From: an uncultured bacterium
GTDB lineage: Bacteria; Desulfobacterota_D; UBA1144; Nemesobacterales; UBA2774
Assembly (NCBI GenBank): GCA_963825135.1
Contig: CAWGRW010000010.1
Location: 64,001-128,000 of the forward strand
Direction: 5' to 3'
DNA length: 64,000 bases
Under the pieces are notes generated by a model. The model made no database searches. It had not been told where the DNA came from and saw only the letters and a list, made by a program, of their open reading frames with translations. Positions within the stretch are counted from its first letter, which is position 1. Each line of letters begins with the position of its first letter. Below are positions 30,014-41,137 of the stretch, piece after piece. A program made the translations under genes and the position numbers.

Positions 30014-30872
30014 CGCGCACGCACGTAGTGCGTTTCTATGATCCTTCCGAAACTCTTACGCTCAAACCGGCAACCTCGCCCAACCCGTTCGTGCTGAGCT
30101 AGTCGAAGCACGTTACCGACATTACAGAATTTGCGGCACACAATGTGTGCTCATATACGATTCTTCCGTAATTCCTCCGCCATCGCCAGGCAATTAGCCA
30201 AACCCGTTCACCCCGAGCGCACACGAAGTGCGCTGTCGAAGGGTCCTCCTTAATTCCCTCCCCCTCAATAGGAGGGGGGAGGGTCGAGGGTGGGGGTGTA
30301 CCTTAATCATTCTGTCATTGCAATGGTTCTGATGAATAAGAAGAACCGGTCGCTGCTGGCTGATTGCATTCAAGTCGCTATGCCATGGGACGAACCTGCC
30401 AAATAAAATCTGAGAGAGAAGCGCGGCAATCTAGTTTTTTCTTTATCTTCCCCGACATTACAGAATTTGCGTTAAGAAAATCGATTGTACGAGCGTTAAA
30501 AATCTTACGTGGGCTGGGGTTGAATTGGAAGATTTAGCGAGTACATGAGATTTTTAGCAAATTATGTAGTCGGATGATTTTTGCTTTTTTTCATCAAGGA
30601 AAAGAAGGATAAATAAATGGCCTTTCACCTTTCTTTGTCTTTCCTTCGTCCGTACGCAATGTGTATGGAGAACGCACAGGCTCCGATTGGGGCGGAATCG
30701 GAAGATTTAGCGAGTACGTGAGATTTTTAGCAAATTCTGTAGAGTCCTTTCGGAAACCACACTATGTGTGTGATTTTTGCTTCTTTTCATCAAGGAAAAG
30801 AAGGATAAAAAAACAGCTTTTCACCTTTCTTTTGTCTTTCCCGAAAGCCTTTATCGGGAATCCAGCCTTTAA
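30014..30872 (+). repeat. Mosaic palindromic repeat array
   Basis: Begins at the stop codon; insert A; core at about 30452-30573. Confidence 0.9.
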
Positions 30873-30953
30873 TCTTGTTCTTGGATTTATACTACTGGGC
30901 GGATTACGGGAATGTAAATCGAGAACCGCGGATATCACACCCTTGGCAATTCT

Positions 30954-31838
30954 TCAGAACGGAAACCCGAAGTTCACCGAGAAGGCCTTCAAGTCCCCGA
31001 ACCTGTACCCGACCCCGATCCTCGGGGCAGCCATTATCCAGAGCTTCTTGGGCGTCACCAAACCCACGGTCGCCGCGATTTCGAACTGGTTCTCCACCTT
31101 GAGCGGAGGCTTGAAGGCCCTGTCGAAAGTCGTATCGGGTATGAAGTAATACCAGTTGAAGTAAACGCTCATGTCGGGCTCGTAGCCCTTATATGTAAAC
31201 CCGAGCGGGTGCTTCACGTCTATACCGTTCTCGAGGAGGCCGAATGACTGCTCGGAGCTCTTATGGAAGTTCGTATTCCCCGCCCACGAGATCCTGTTCC
31301 CGAGGCTGAACGTGAACTTATCCCAGAACATCTGATACAGGCTCCCCAGCCCCACCGCGTACACGAGCACGAACGAATCGTCCACACTTAGCCCGTCAGG
31401 GGTCGAGCTGTCGTAAACCTGCCACGCGAGTCCGGCGTTTATGAAAGGCTTGATATGCCAATGACGGACAGGCTCCCACTGGAGCTCCAAACCGGGGATC
31501 ACGCTCATCATGTCCTGGTCCACCTTGATCCTCGCGCCGTCGGGTACGGTCTCCCTGTACCTGAACCTTCCGTAGAATACCGGAGTATCGAGCACGAGCT
31601 TGAGCTTCTCGCTCCCGAGAAAATCGTTAAAGGTATATGAGATAGGAAGGCTGTACACATCCACGCTGAGCCCGCCCACGTTATACGAGCCGAACCCCAG
31701 CTGGAAGGCGTAGATGAAATTGACCTCGACGTTCCCTTTCTTGTCCTTCGCGGACGATACGGCTGCGAGCGGCAGGAGAATAATCAGCGCGAGGACCGGG
31801 ATCAGCGCATGCTTCAGTCGAGAATTCATCTGGGACAA
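30954..31838 (-). CDS. Putative outer-membrane beta-barrel protein
   Basis: Signal peptide, alternating amphipathic strands, terminal Phe (VNFGFPF). Confidence 0.7.
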   Translation of the reverse strand: MSQMNSRLKHALIPVLALIILLPLAAVSSAKDKKGNVEVNFIYAFQLGFGSYNVGGLSVDVYSLPISYTFNDFLGSEKLKLVLDTPVFYGRFRYRETVPDGARIKVDQDMMSVIPGLELQWEPVRHWHIKPFINAGLAWQVYDSSTPDGLSVDDSFVLVYAVGLGSLYQMFWDKFTFSLGNRISWAGNTNFHKSSEQSFGLLENGIDVKHPLGFTYKGYEPDMSVYFNWYYFIPDTTFDRAFKPPLKVENQFEIAATVGLVTPKKLWIMAAPRIGVGYRFGDLKAFSVNFGFPF

Positions 31839-31908
31839 ATTAAATACCTATTTTAACTATTTATCAAGACCGGCTAACAAATAATTCACATGCCGTCTCC
31901 CGCCCGCC

Positions 31909-33057
31909 TCACAACAAACCGGTCAGAAGCCCTATGGCTCCGCCCGCGAGCATCAGCCATGTCGGATTCACCCGGAGGAAAAAGAGCGCCCCGGCCGCGG
32001 AGACGCCGATCAGTATCGTCAGCGGGTCGACGAACGACGCCCTGGCGAGATCGACGGCCACGCCGGCCATGAGTCCGAGCGAAGAAGCGTTCACGCCGTC
32101 GAGGGCCGCGCCCGCCCAGGCCGAGCGCCTCAGCTTCGGTATAAGAGGGTTGCTCGCGGCGACGAATATGAAGGACGGCAGAAATATGCCGAGCGTGGCG
32201 AGCGCCGCTCCCGGGACGCCTCCCAGCAGATACCCGATCGCCGTCGCCGTCGTGAACCACGGCCCGGGAGTCACCTGCCCTATCGCCACGACGTCGAGGA
32301 GCTGCTGGTGGGTAAGCCAGCCCCGGTGCACGACGAAATCGGAATTGAGAAAGGCGAGCAGCACGTAGCCGCTCCCGAAAAGCACCGAGCCGATCTTGAG
32401 GAAAATCAGGAATATCGACGCGAGCGCCGCCACCTTGGCCTCCGCTGCCGCCGTGTCAAGCCCAATGAGCGGGACTATAAACGCCGTCAGGTTCCCTCCG
32501 CTGAGCTTCCCTGCGTTCTTCCATAGCATTACGGCAAGTCCCCCGCCGAAGAGGAGCGCGATCTCGTTCACGCCTAACATGTATGCGGCGGCGACCGCTA
32601 TCCCGGTCAATATCGGGACGGGCTCCCTGACGGCCTTCCGTCCGAGAAACACAAGGGCCTGCAGTATCACGGCGATTATCACGGGCTTAATGCCGTAGAA
32701 TAAATGGCCCCCCTCGGGCGTCGAGCCGTACCGGACGTAGACCCACGTGAGCGCCGTAACGATAACGGCTGCGGGGATTATGAAACACGCCCCCGCGGTG
32801 ATGAGCCCTCTCCACCCGGCGCGCAGGTATCCGATATGTATGGCGACCTCTGTAGAGTTCGGGCCCGGTATCAGGTTCACGGCCCCTATGAGGTCGAGGA
32901 AGGACTTATCGTCGAGCCACTTCTTCCTGCGCACGGTCTCGTCGTGCATTATCGCGATCTGCGGAGCGGGCCCTCCGAACGCGGTAGCCCCGAGCCTCAG
33001 GAACAACAGCGCCAGCTCCTTCAATCTGCCCTGTAATTCTTTCTCCGGAACGCTCAT
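31909..33057 (-). CDS. chrA: Chromate efflux transporter
   Basis: FLRLGATAFGGP, IPGPNSTE, FLKIGSVLFGSGY, GQVTPGP. Confidence 0.93.
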   Translation of the reverse strand: MSVPEKELQGRLKELALLFLRLGATAFGGPAPQIAIMHDETVRRKKWLDDKSFLDLIGAVNLIPGPNSTEVAIHIGYLRAGWRGLITAGACFIIPAAVIVTALTWVYVRYGSTPEGGHLFYGIKPVIIAVILQALVFLGRKAVREPVPILTGIAVAAAYMLGVNEIALLFGGGLAVMLWKNAGKLSGGNLTAFIVPLIGLDTAAAEAKVAALASIFLIFLKIGSVLFGSGYVLLAFLNSDFVVHRGWLTHQQLLDVVAIGQVTPGPWFTTATAIGYLLGGVPGAALATLGIFLPSFIFVAASNPLIPKLRRSAWAGAALDGVNASSLGLMAGVAVDLARASFVDPLTILIGVSAAGALFFLRVNPTWLMLAGGAIGLLTGLL

Positions 33058-33164
33058 AACGTCTCACGAAAGCCCGTAGACTTAAGGAGTCATTATATCC
33101 GATGAATTTAAATATTCGATTTCTATTCGCGCCCGTAAAAACCGACCGCGTTATAGCAACCGAA

Positions 33165-33925
33165 ACGAACGAAAGCGAGCGCGGCAATTCCGTCTTCTCC
33201 CTCCCGTCATTCCCGAATGCCTTTATCGGGAATCCACACACGCACGTAGTGCGTTTCTACGATTCCTCCGAACCTTCTCATCACATACCAACGAATGAAG
33301 CCAAACCCGTTCGTGCTGAGCTGGTCGAGGCACGTTACCGACATTACCGAATTTGCGGCACACACGCACATAGTGCGTTTCTATGATCCTTCCGTGACTC
33401 CTCTGCTCAACCAACAAGCGAAGCCCAACCCGTTCACCCTGAGCTAGTCGAAGGGTGTCACTCCACCCGCGGGCATACGATCACTCACATCCCCCTCAGC
33501 TCAATCCAACCCGTTCACCCTGAGCTTGTCGACGGGTCTTCCTTAATTCCCTCCCCCCTTTTCAAAGTGGGGGAGGGTTAGGGTGGGGGTGTACCTAGAT
33601 ATGTAAACCCGTTCGTGCTGAGATAGTCGAAGCACGTTACCGACATTACAGAATTTGCGTGAAGAAAATCGATTGTACGAGCGTTAAAAATCTTCCACGG
33701 GCTGGGGTTGAATTGGAAGATTTAGCGAGTACATGAGATTTTTAGCACAATTCTGTAGTCGGATGATTTTTGCTTCTTTTCATCAAGGAAAAGAAGGATC
33801 AATCAAATAGCCTTTCACCTTTCTTTGTCTTTTCTTTTCGAATGATCACGCTTCGTGTGTTAATCGTGTGTCTTTTCCTTGTCTTTCCGTAAGCGGGAAG
33901 TCCGGGCGCAAACCTCAAATCCCTT
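33165..33925 (+). repeat. Mosaic palindromic repeat array
   Basis: Core at about 33640-33762. Confidence 0.9.
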
Positions 33926-34003
33926 GCCTGGACTCTCCCCCGGGAAAGAAACGGCATCGAGACACGCGCGCCGAATTATGCTAATCTATATACCGAGTCT
34001 GAA

Positions 34004-34201
34004 ATGAGCGAAAAAAAGGAAATCCCGGCAGCCGCCGAAGCCAAAACCCCGGATCACTGCCCTGAAGAGTGCATTATCGGGCTCGACGAATGCGCCGAAT
34101 GCGGGGCATGCGGACACTGCACGGACGGGGCGCGGCTCGACGAAGACGACCTCCCCCCTCACTGGCAGAGGTTCATCGAAAAGAGTAAAAAATCACCCTG
34201 A
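34004..34201 (+). CDS. Small Cys-rich protein, ferredoxin-like motif
   Basis: CPEECI...ECAECGACGHC. Confidence 0.55.
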   Translation: MSEKKEIPAAAEAKTPDHCPEECIIGLDECAECGACGHCTDGARLDEDDLPPHWQRFIEKSKKSP

Positions 34202-34510
34202 GACAGAGCCCTACCCCGTGCGCGGCCGGCGGCCGGACGCACCTATCCCTCAGGCGGATTTTCGGCATATCTCCGCCCGGCAGCTCATTCTGGTAATGCC
34301 GGCGCACCGCTTCCGGCAGTACCGGTGTGATATCCAGCTTGTCAAAACATTACGAGATCGGCAGAGGGCGTATTATAGAGTGTCAGTCAGTACGGGTTAG
34401 TAGTAATAACCGCAAGTAATCAGCATGAGTTCGAGTATCAATTCCGCGCGCTGCAAAAGTGAATAATGATAGTTACTGTTCCAGATTGTAATGACAAACT
34501 AACCTGAATA

Positions 34511-34834
34511 TCAGACCTCCGCTTTCAAACTCTTGAGGATCACGCGTTCCTGTCTCGCCCTTGCCTCGAAATCCTGAAGCGGGGTTACCTCCCACTCCAG
34601 CACTCCCCATATCGGGAGAGCCCTCAGCATCCGGTCAAGATCGTCGTGCGAGTCGGCTTCCGCGACAAACACGAAAGCGCGGTCGCCCACGGGGAGACCT
34701 CCTACTATAGTCCCCTCGTCCTCAAGCTCCTTAAGCTCGTCGAAAGCGGGTATTACAACAGATTCAAGGACTTCGACCTCTTCCTCGGGCGAAAAATACC
34801 CGGGACCCTCGGTCCCCATTACAAGATACTTCAT
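34511..34834 (-). CDS. Muconolactone delta-isomerase-like (dimeric alpha/beta barrel) protein
   Basis: FVAEADSHDDLDRMLRALPIW..LEWEVTPL; SD AGGAGG. Confidence 0.7.
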   Translation of the reverse strand: MKYLVMGTEGPGYFSPEEEVEVLESVVIPAFDELKELEDEGTIVGGLPVGDRAFVFVAEADSHDDLDRMLRALPIWGVLEWEVTPLQDFEARARQERVILKSLKAEV

Positions 34835-35050
34835 ATATCCCCTCCTTGCTCGTTAAAGCATAAAAAACAACTGATCATTAATAGAAATGAATATCCATCA
34901 ATACTATACCGGATAAATTGCCGGCAGTAAGAGATTTAACGGTATGGAGCGTTCCCCGGCTGGCATTGGTACCACAACAGTCCTGAAAGACTCCGCTTTT
35001 CACGGACCGAGATTTTCATTTCCGGAAGGCCATATCGGCCTGGTTATAAA

Positions 35051-35134
35051 GGTGCCGACCGGACAGCTAAGCCCGGTCAGCACCGGATGCCGCAATTAGG
35101 GTTGCCCATACCCTGTTTGTTGTTTCCGTGCGGC
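35051..35134. promoter_or_regulatory. Conserved 24-nt motif plus hairpin, copy 1 (candidate leader/sRNA)
   Basis: ATTAGGGTTGCCCATACCCTGTTT at 35095-35118, identical to 38749-38772. Confidence 0.5.
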
Positions 35135-35244
35135 AAAAATTGTATTTAATTTTCCTCCGCATCCGCCTGTGCATATGATAACACTTTTCATCGTTCGAAT
35201 CTCCCCCCTCGCAAATTCTATGTATCTAAGAGTTTCGCTGAGCG

Positions 35245-35965
35245 GACGAGGTGGAATTGAAAGATTTTAGCTTAAACATAAGATTTTTAGCATAATTCTG
35301 TAGAGTCTTTTCGGAAACCACACTGCGTGTGTTCATCAAGGAAAAGAAAATATTATCTTTGTCTTCTCCTTTGCTTTGTCATTCCCGACACCGATCGGGA
35401 ATCCAGTCTTTAATCTCTTATTGCAAGTCTTCGCAAAAGCCGCGGCAATCTCGTCTTTATCTTTATTCCCTCCTTTCGTAAAGGAGGGTTAGGGTGGATT
35501 TTACATTATGTCATTTCGAGCAGCGCGAGAAATCTATTGTCGTCATTGCGAGCGAAGCGAAGCAATCTCGCCTTTTCTTTCCCGACATTACAGAATTTGC
35601 GTATAGAAAATCGATTGTACGAGCGTTAAAAATCTTACGCGGGACGAATGCAAGCGAGCGCGCATTCGGACGCCCTCTCCTATCCGCACGACGTTAGTTA
35701 GCCACGGACATTGCTAAACTATCGCTCCGATGGGGTTGAATTGGAAGATTTAGCGAGTACATGAGATTTTTAGCACAATTCTGTAGAATCTTTTCGGAAA
35801 ACACACTACGTGTGTGATTTTTGCTTATTTTCATCAAGGAAAAGAAGGATAAAAAAATAGCCTTTCACCTTTCTTTGTCTTTTCATTATCTTTTCATAGA
35901 CCACTTTAGGTGCACGGTGTTTTCATAATCCACACTGCGTGTGTTCATCAAGGAAAAGAAGGAAG
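35245..35965 (+). repeat. Mosaic palindromic repeat array
   Basis: Core with a type B insert at about 35582-35787. Confidence 0.9.
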
Positions 35966-36046
35966 TATAGTTGCCTTTTCTTGGTCTTTATCTTTTCATT
36001 TCTATTCAGAAAGGCTCGCAGCACTACGTTAGGGGTGGTCCCGCGG

Positions 36047-36496
36047 TTACACGGGTCTCAGCTTCTCTCTTATTTTCTCAAGGGATATGCGATAATGCTC
36101 TCCGTACTGCCTGTACTTACCGTCCTTGAACAGCTCGTGCGCCCTGAGCGTTATCTGGCGCTTCGTGTCGTCGGCGAAGGTATCCAGGTTAAGCCCTGAA
36201 AGGAATACTGCGGAATAGCAGGAGATGTTGTCCTGCCCCCTCACGAATATGTCGGCGAGCATCCTCGACGACCCCGGCGTGTCCGATTCCCCGAGCACAT
36301 AGACGCAGGCCTCCTGCCATATGTGCGTCCTGCTCCCGAACATCTTCTTCAGCGAGTGCCAGTCGAGGTCGGAAAACCCCGCGAGGATAACCTCGCCCTC
36401 ACGGTAATCCCGCTCGTACCAGTTCTCGCCCGGATGTATGTTGCCGTTAGCCGTGTGCTCCTTCAAGTGTCTGTCGAAAAGTTCAGTTCCGTCCAC
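36047..36496 (-). CDS. Hypothetical helical protein
   Basis: 149-aa ORF, SD GAGG, host-like codons. Confidence 0.65.
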   Translation of the reverse strand: MDGTELFDRHLKEHTANGNIHPGENWYERDYREGEVILAGFSDLDWHSLKKMFGSRTHIWQEACVYVLGESDTPGSSRMLADIFVRGQDNISCYSAVFLSGLNLDTFADDTKRQITLRAHELFKDGKYRQYGEHYRISLEKIREKLRPV

Positions 36497-36851
36497 GTTT
36501 TATTAGTTCCCCTCTCGCGTGTGCGGCTTTGCTCAGCCCGCACTGAAGATAACAGGCTTTATTTTACACAATTTAAATTTTCAGGCTAATCGCCCGCACA
36601 CGCATACAGAGTGTTCCACGGTCCTGCCGGTCTTTTTCCGCTTCATCCGGCAATTTGCCCATCCCGTTCACCCTTAGCGCACACGAAGTGTGCTGTCGAA
36701 GGATGCGAAATTATTTCCCTCCCCCTCAATAGGAGGGGGGAGGGTTAGGGTGGGGGTGTACCTTAATCATTCTGTCATTGCGAGCGTAACGAATGAGTGT
36801 GAGAGAAGCGCGGCAATCTCGTCTTTATCTTTATTCCCTCCTTTCGTAAAG

Positions 36852-36943
36852 AACGAATGCGAATAAACAAGCATTTGGACGCCCTATCCCAAAGAGCAAC
36901 TAAGGAAATACGCTTCCAGCTCAATGTTGCCATACTCCAAACA
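36852..36943 (+). mobile_element. About 90-nt nested insert, type F
   Basis: AAC-GAATGC-loop-GCATTT-GGACGC plus tail, after CCTTTCGTAAAG; empty site with the same upstream context at about 35442-35500; noisy relative at 53274. Confidence 0.6.
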
Positions 36944-37481
36944 GGTTAGGGAGGATTTAGTTTTTTCTTTACGTTTCCCGACAATACACAATTTGCGGCG
37001 GGTGAGCACCCGCACATTAATTTCCCTCCCCCCTTTTCAAAGTGGGGGAGGGTTCGGGTGGGGGGTTTACATTACACTCCAATTAAGCAAGAAAGCCTTT
37101 TCTTTCCCGACATTACAGAATTTGCGTGAAGAAAATCGATTGTACGAGCGTTAAGAATCTTACGTGGGCCGGGGTGGGATCGGAAGATTTAGCGAGTACA
37201 TGAGATTTTTAGCACAATTATGTAGTCGGATGATTTTTGCTTCTTTTCATCAAGGAAAAGAAGGATACAAAAACATCCTTTCACCTTATCTGTGTCTTTG
37301 CTTTTCGAAAGATCACGCTTCGTGTGTGTCGCGGCTGGTAGCCGCTCCTACAACTATGAGTGTCATTGCGAGCGGTGCTTATGAAGTAAGCGCAGCGCGG
37401 CAATCTCGTATTTTCTTTCCCGACATTACGGAATTTGCGTTAAGAAAATCGATTGTACGAGCGTTAAAAATCTTACGCGGG

Positions 37482-37569
37482 AACGAATGCAAGCGAGCGA
37501 GCATTCGGACACCCTCTCCTATCCGCACGACGTTAGTTAGCCACGGACATCGCTAAGCTATTGCTCCGA
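37482..37569 (+). mobile_element. About 90-nt nested insert, type B (in core hairpin loop)
   Basis: Also at 28061, 35643, 44667 and 54049; stem GAATGC/GCATTC covaries to GATTCC/GGAATC at 28061. Confidence 0.65.
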
Positions 37570-37838
37570 TGGGGTGGGATCGGAAGATTTAGCGAGTACG
37601 TGAGATTTTTAGCAAATTCTGTAGTCGGATGATTTTTGCTTCTTTTCATCAAGGAAAAGAAGGATAAAAAAAACATTCTTTCGCCTTTCTTTGCCCATTC
37701 GAAAGATCACACTACGTGTGTCTTTTCCTTGTCTTTCCGTAAGCAGGAAGTCCAGGCGCAATCACCAAACCCAAGGCACACCCCCCATCTCCTCTTCCCC
37801 CTCATCACAGAATTTCGGTCAATAAGCCTGTCGTCCCC

Positions 37839-38474
37839 CTAATCCTTATACTTCACCCCGCACCCGTATGGCTTCGTCTCGGGCGTGACGACAGGCTTCC
37901 CGGCGAGCGCTTCGGTGAGCGCGAGATCGATGTAGTTCGTCGCCTTCGCTATGTCCGTGACGTCCGTCGAATTGATGCTGTCGGCGGCGCCCGTATAAAT
38001 AATATTGCCGTCCGCGCCGACGATGAAGATGTCGGGCGTAGTCTTCGCGCCGTAGAGCTTCCCTATCTCCCCGGACGGGTCGAGCACGATGTACGCAGCC
38101 GACGTGCCGTACGCCTCGGCCTCTTTCCTCGACATCGCGGCGTCCCTGTAGGATTCATTTCCTTCGTTCGTCGAGTTTATCGAGATCCATACGACCCCCT
38201 CTTCCGTGTACTTCCTCTGCAGGTCCTGCATCTTATCGCTCTTGTAGTGCTTCTCGGTGAACGGGCATCCGTGGTTGAACCATTCGAGCACCACGACCTT
38301 ACCCTTGAAGTCCGACAGCCTGGCCGTCGTACCCTCGATGTCCGTGAACGCGAACCCCGGCGCGGGCTTTCCCGGCAGGACCTCGGCCGCGCTCGCTCCC
38401 GCGAGAGCCCACATCAGCAAAAACCCCGCGCCAAGTATAAGCAGCGCTCCAGGTATAATTGTGTTTCGCCTCAT
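37839..38474 (-). CDS. Secreted redoxin (AhpC/TSA thioredoxin-fold) protein
   Basis: LSDFKGKVVVLEWFNHGCPF, YGAKTTP, PYGCGVKY. Confidence 0.9.
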   Translation of the reverse strand: MRRNTIIPGALLILGAGFLLMWALAGASAAEVLPGKPAPGFAFTDIEGTTARLSDFKGKVVVLEWFNHGCPFTEKHYKSDKMQDLQRKYTEEGVVWISINSTNEGNESYRDAAMSRKEAEAYGTSAAYIVLDPSGEIGKLYGAKTTPDIFIVGADGNIIYTGAADSINSTDVTDIAKATNYIDLALTEALAGKPVVTPETKPYGCGVKYKD

Positions 38475-38706
38475 CTTTTCCGCTCCATTCCTGATTTGAT
38501 GAGGGGAAATTATAACCGATGTATCTGCATTATCGCCCGTGGACGCCCTGCCGGGAATCCGCCCCGCGCCGGCATAAATTTCCCGGATTCACTTACCCAA
38601 ACGGTGCCATGTAATACTATATATTAATTAGTATTCATAAATACTAATTGACTCTTATCTTCTATACTGTACAATGTCGTTATATGCAGGGTATCATAAT
38701 TCCCGG

Positions 38707-38772
38707 TTACATCCCGCCAAGTCCCCCTCTTTAGCTCGGGATGTAATGATTAGGGTTGCCCATACCCTGTTT
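38707..38772. promoter_or_regulatory. Conserved 24-nt motif plus hairpin, copy 2 (candidate leader/sRNA)
   Basis: TTACATCCC/GGGATGTAA stem adjacent to the identical 24-mer. Confidence 0.5.
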
Positions 38773-39162
38773 ACGATGTCTTTCAGGAGCGCACAGGGCG
38801 GAGGACTTCCGCTCTGCGCCCGCTCCCACGGGCTCAAGTAATACCTGAATCGGGGATCCGATCAGCCCTCCGACGCTGACTTTTTACGATTTTGATGATA
38901 ACCGCGGCCCCGCCCGTACTTTTCTTGAAACTTCTTTAAATAAATGCGCCCGCCCCCCTGATATGCTTGGCTTATTTAAGCCCGCAGCGTCTGTCAGGCG
39001 TCATTTTATGTATATAAAGACTTCTCGCCCGTCGCCTGCGTCTATGCCTAAACTTACCCCCTCGAAATTATGTCCCGTTCAGGTATCCTCATATACTCTG
39101 AAAAAAGGGCGGATAATACCTTATCCCGCTCTCTAAATATATTTCGGAAAGGAGCTAAGATA

Positions 39163-40359
39163 ATGGGTTTCGACGATTCGATCGGCAAGCTGAGCAGATA
39201 CTCCAATGACAAACACCCGGTCACCACACTCTACCTCAGGCTGAACCCTCACGACAGGGAAAACTTCGGCTACAAAATAACGCTCAAGAACCTGGCAAAG
39301 GAGCTCAGGGAGAATATGGGGAAAAGGGGGATTTCGAAGGAAGCCCTCGATTCGGTTGAATCGGACATCTCGAAGATCCAGAGCTACATCGACAACGCGG
39401 ACGGCCTCACCGAGTGCCGTGGCATAGCCGTCTTTTCATGCTCCGGAGACGGTTTCTGGGAGGCGCTAAAACTCCCCGCGCTCTACAAGAACCAGCTGCT
39501 CATAGACCGCACCCCAGCGACGGGTCAGCTTTATAAAGTCGCCGACGATTACAGGCACATCGTCACCGTGCTCATAGACAGGAAGAAGGCGCGCATATTC
39601 GGCATCGGCCTCGACGGCACGCACGAGGTCCTCGATTATTTCTACCCGGCCGCCGAACGCTCGACCAAGTTCCATAACCCGGAAGGCAAGTACACCAAGA
39701 AATCGATGCCGGCTTCGGACGCGAGGAGCCTCTCGCAGGGGTTCGGCGAGTTCAAGTTCAACAGGATGATAGAGAACGAAATACACCAGCACTTCAAGTA
39801 CGTCGCGCAGATGCTCAGGGATTACTACCGCAAGGAGAATTTCCGCTGGCTCATTCTCGGCGGGACCGACGAGAATATCGCGGAATTCGCGCACCATCTC
39901 CCGACGGAAATGACGGAGAGGCTCGCGGGCACGGTAACTCTGGACCTCGAAAGGATAAGGCCCTCGATAGTTACGGGAGCGTCCCTCGATACGCTCGATA
40001 AAACGAGGGCCGGGAAGCAGCAGAAGCTGCTTCAGGAATTCGCGGATAAGCTCCCGGTGGGCTACGCGGTCGACGGCCTCAAGTCCACGCTCGACGCGAT
40101 CAGAAACAGTCAGGTGAGGGTGCTCTTCGTCGAAGACGGCTTCACGCATCCGGGCTTCGTCTGCCCCGATTCGGGGGAATACCTCACGGACGGCGCGGGG
40201 AAATGCCCCGGCGGCGGCGACCCGGTCCCCGTGAACGACCTCGTCGAGTGCGCTGTCGATGAAGCGTTCGGCCAGGGCGCGGAGGTCGAGATAATTCAGG
40301 ACGAGCCCTACAAGAAGCTCATCCACGGCGCGGGTGCGATCCTCCGCTTCAAGCTCTGA
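39163..40359 (+). CDS. Bacterial archaeo-eukaryotic release factor (aeRF1/baeRF)-like protein
   Basis: PVTTLYL, GIAVFSCS, VLIDRKKARIF, LILGG, C-terminal L7Ae-like domain ending GAILRF. Confidence 0.8.
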   Translation: MGFDDSIGKLSRYSNDKHPVTTLYLRLNPHDRENFGYKITLKNLAKELRENMGKRGISKEALDSVESDISKIQSYIDNADGLTECRGIAVFSCSGDGFWEALKLPALYKNQLLIDRTPATGQLYKVADDYRHIVTVLIDRKKARIFGIGLDGTHEVLDYFYPAAERSTKFHNPEGKYTKKSMPASDARSLSQGFGEFKFNRMIENEIHQHFKYVAQMLRDYYRKENFRWLILGGTDENIAEFAHHLPTEMTERLAGTVTLDLERIRPSIVTGASLDTLDKTRAGKQQKLLQEFADKLPVGYAVDGLKSTLDAIRNSQVRVLFVEDGFTHPGFVCPDSGEYLTDGAGKCPGGGDPVPVNDLVECAVDEAFGQGAEVEIIQDEPYKKLIHGAGAILRFKL

Positions 40360-41100
40360 CGCGCACGCATAATGCGTTTTTGCGATTTCTGCCATACTCC
40401 TCAGACCTCCCGAGAGATCATACATTCCCGGCTCTAGGAGTGGCCTCCAACCGTCATATATCTTTAAGCAGTCATTGCGAGGCTTCGCAGAAGCCGCGGC
40501 GGGTGAGCACCCGCGGGCATACGATCTCTAACATCCCCCTCAGCTCAACCCAGTCCGCTCACCCCGTACTCTTAATTCCTTCCCCCTGGAGGGGGAACTG
40601 CTTCGAGCAAGCGAGAAGTAGGACGCCCTGACCCTTTAGCCACTTGGGTAACTGTGACCATGCTCTCCGATTTGTCGAGCATGTGGTGAGGATGGGGGTG
40701 TCGCCTTTCACTCATTCAATCATCCGGTAAGTTTTTCTCTTCCCGACATTACAGAATTTGCGTTAAGAAAATCGATTGTACGAGCGTTAAGAATCTTACG
40801 TGGGGTGGGGTGGAATTGGAAGATTTAGCGAGTACATGAGATTTTTAGCAAATTATGTAGTCGGAATGATTTTTGCTTCTTTTCATCGAGGAAAAGAAGG
40901 ATTAAAAAACAGCCTTTCACCTTTCTTTTATCTTTTCGAAAGACCACACTACGTGTGTGATTTTTGCTTCTTTGTATCCAGACAAAGAAGGAAATAATAT
41001 TGTCTTAGCCATTTCCTTATCTTTGTCTTTTCTTTCCGAAAAATCACATTATGCGTGTGTCGCGGCTGGCGGACTTGATCCGGGAACTCTCTCCTACAAA
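40360..41100 (+). repeat. Mosaic palindromic repeat array
   Basis: Begins at the stop codon; core at about 40743-40864. Confidence 0.9.
40596..40684 (+). mobile_element. About 90-nt nested insert, type E
   Basis: AAC-TGCTTC-gagcaagcga-GAAGTA-GGACGC plus unique tail; empty equivalent at about 10965-11000. Confidence 0.6.
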
Positions 41101-41137
41101 TTTAGGAGCGTCATCCCTGCGCCGCCGGGAAAACCCC

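Larger units (their letters stand above)
36594..37765 (+). repeat. Mosaic palindromic repeat array
   Basis: Empty core near 37107 and filled core near 37420. Confidence 0.9.

Noticed and set aside
39466..40425. Long antisense ORFs (also 51036-52079, 61045-62313, 48613-49527, 56880-57740, 9051-9926)
   Set aside because: Shadow frames of well-supported GC3-rich genes, with no recognisable motifs.
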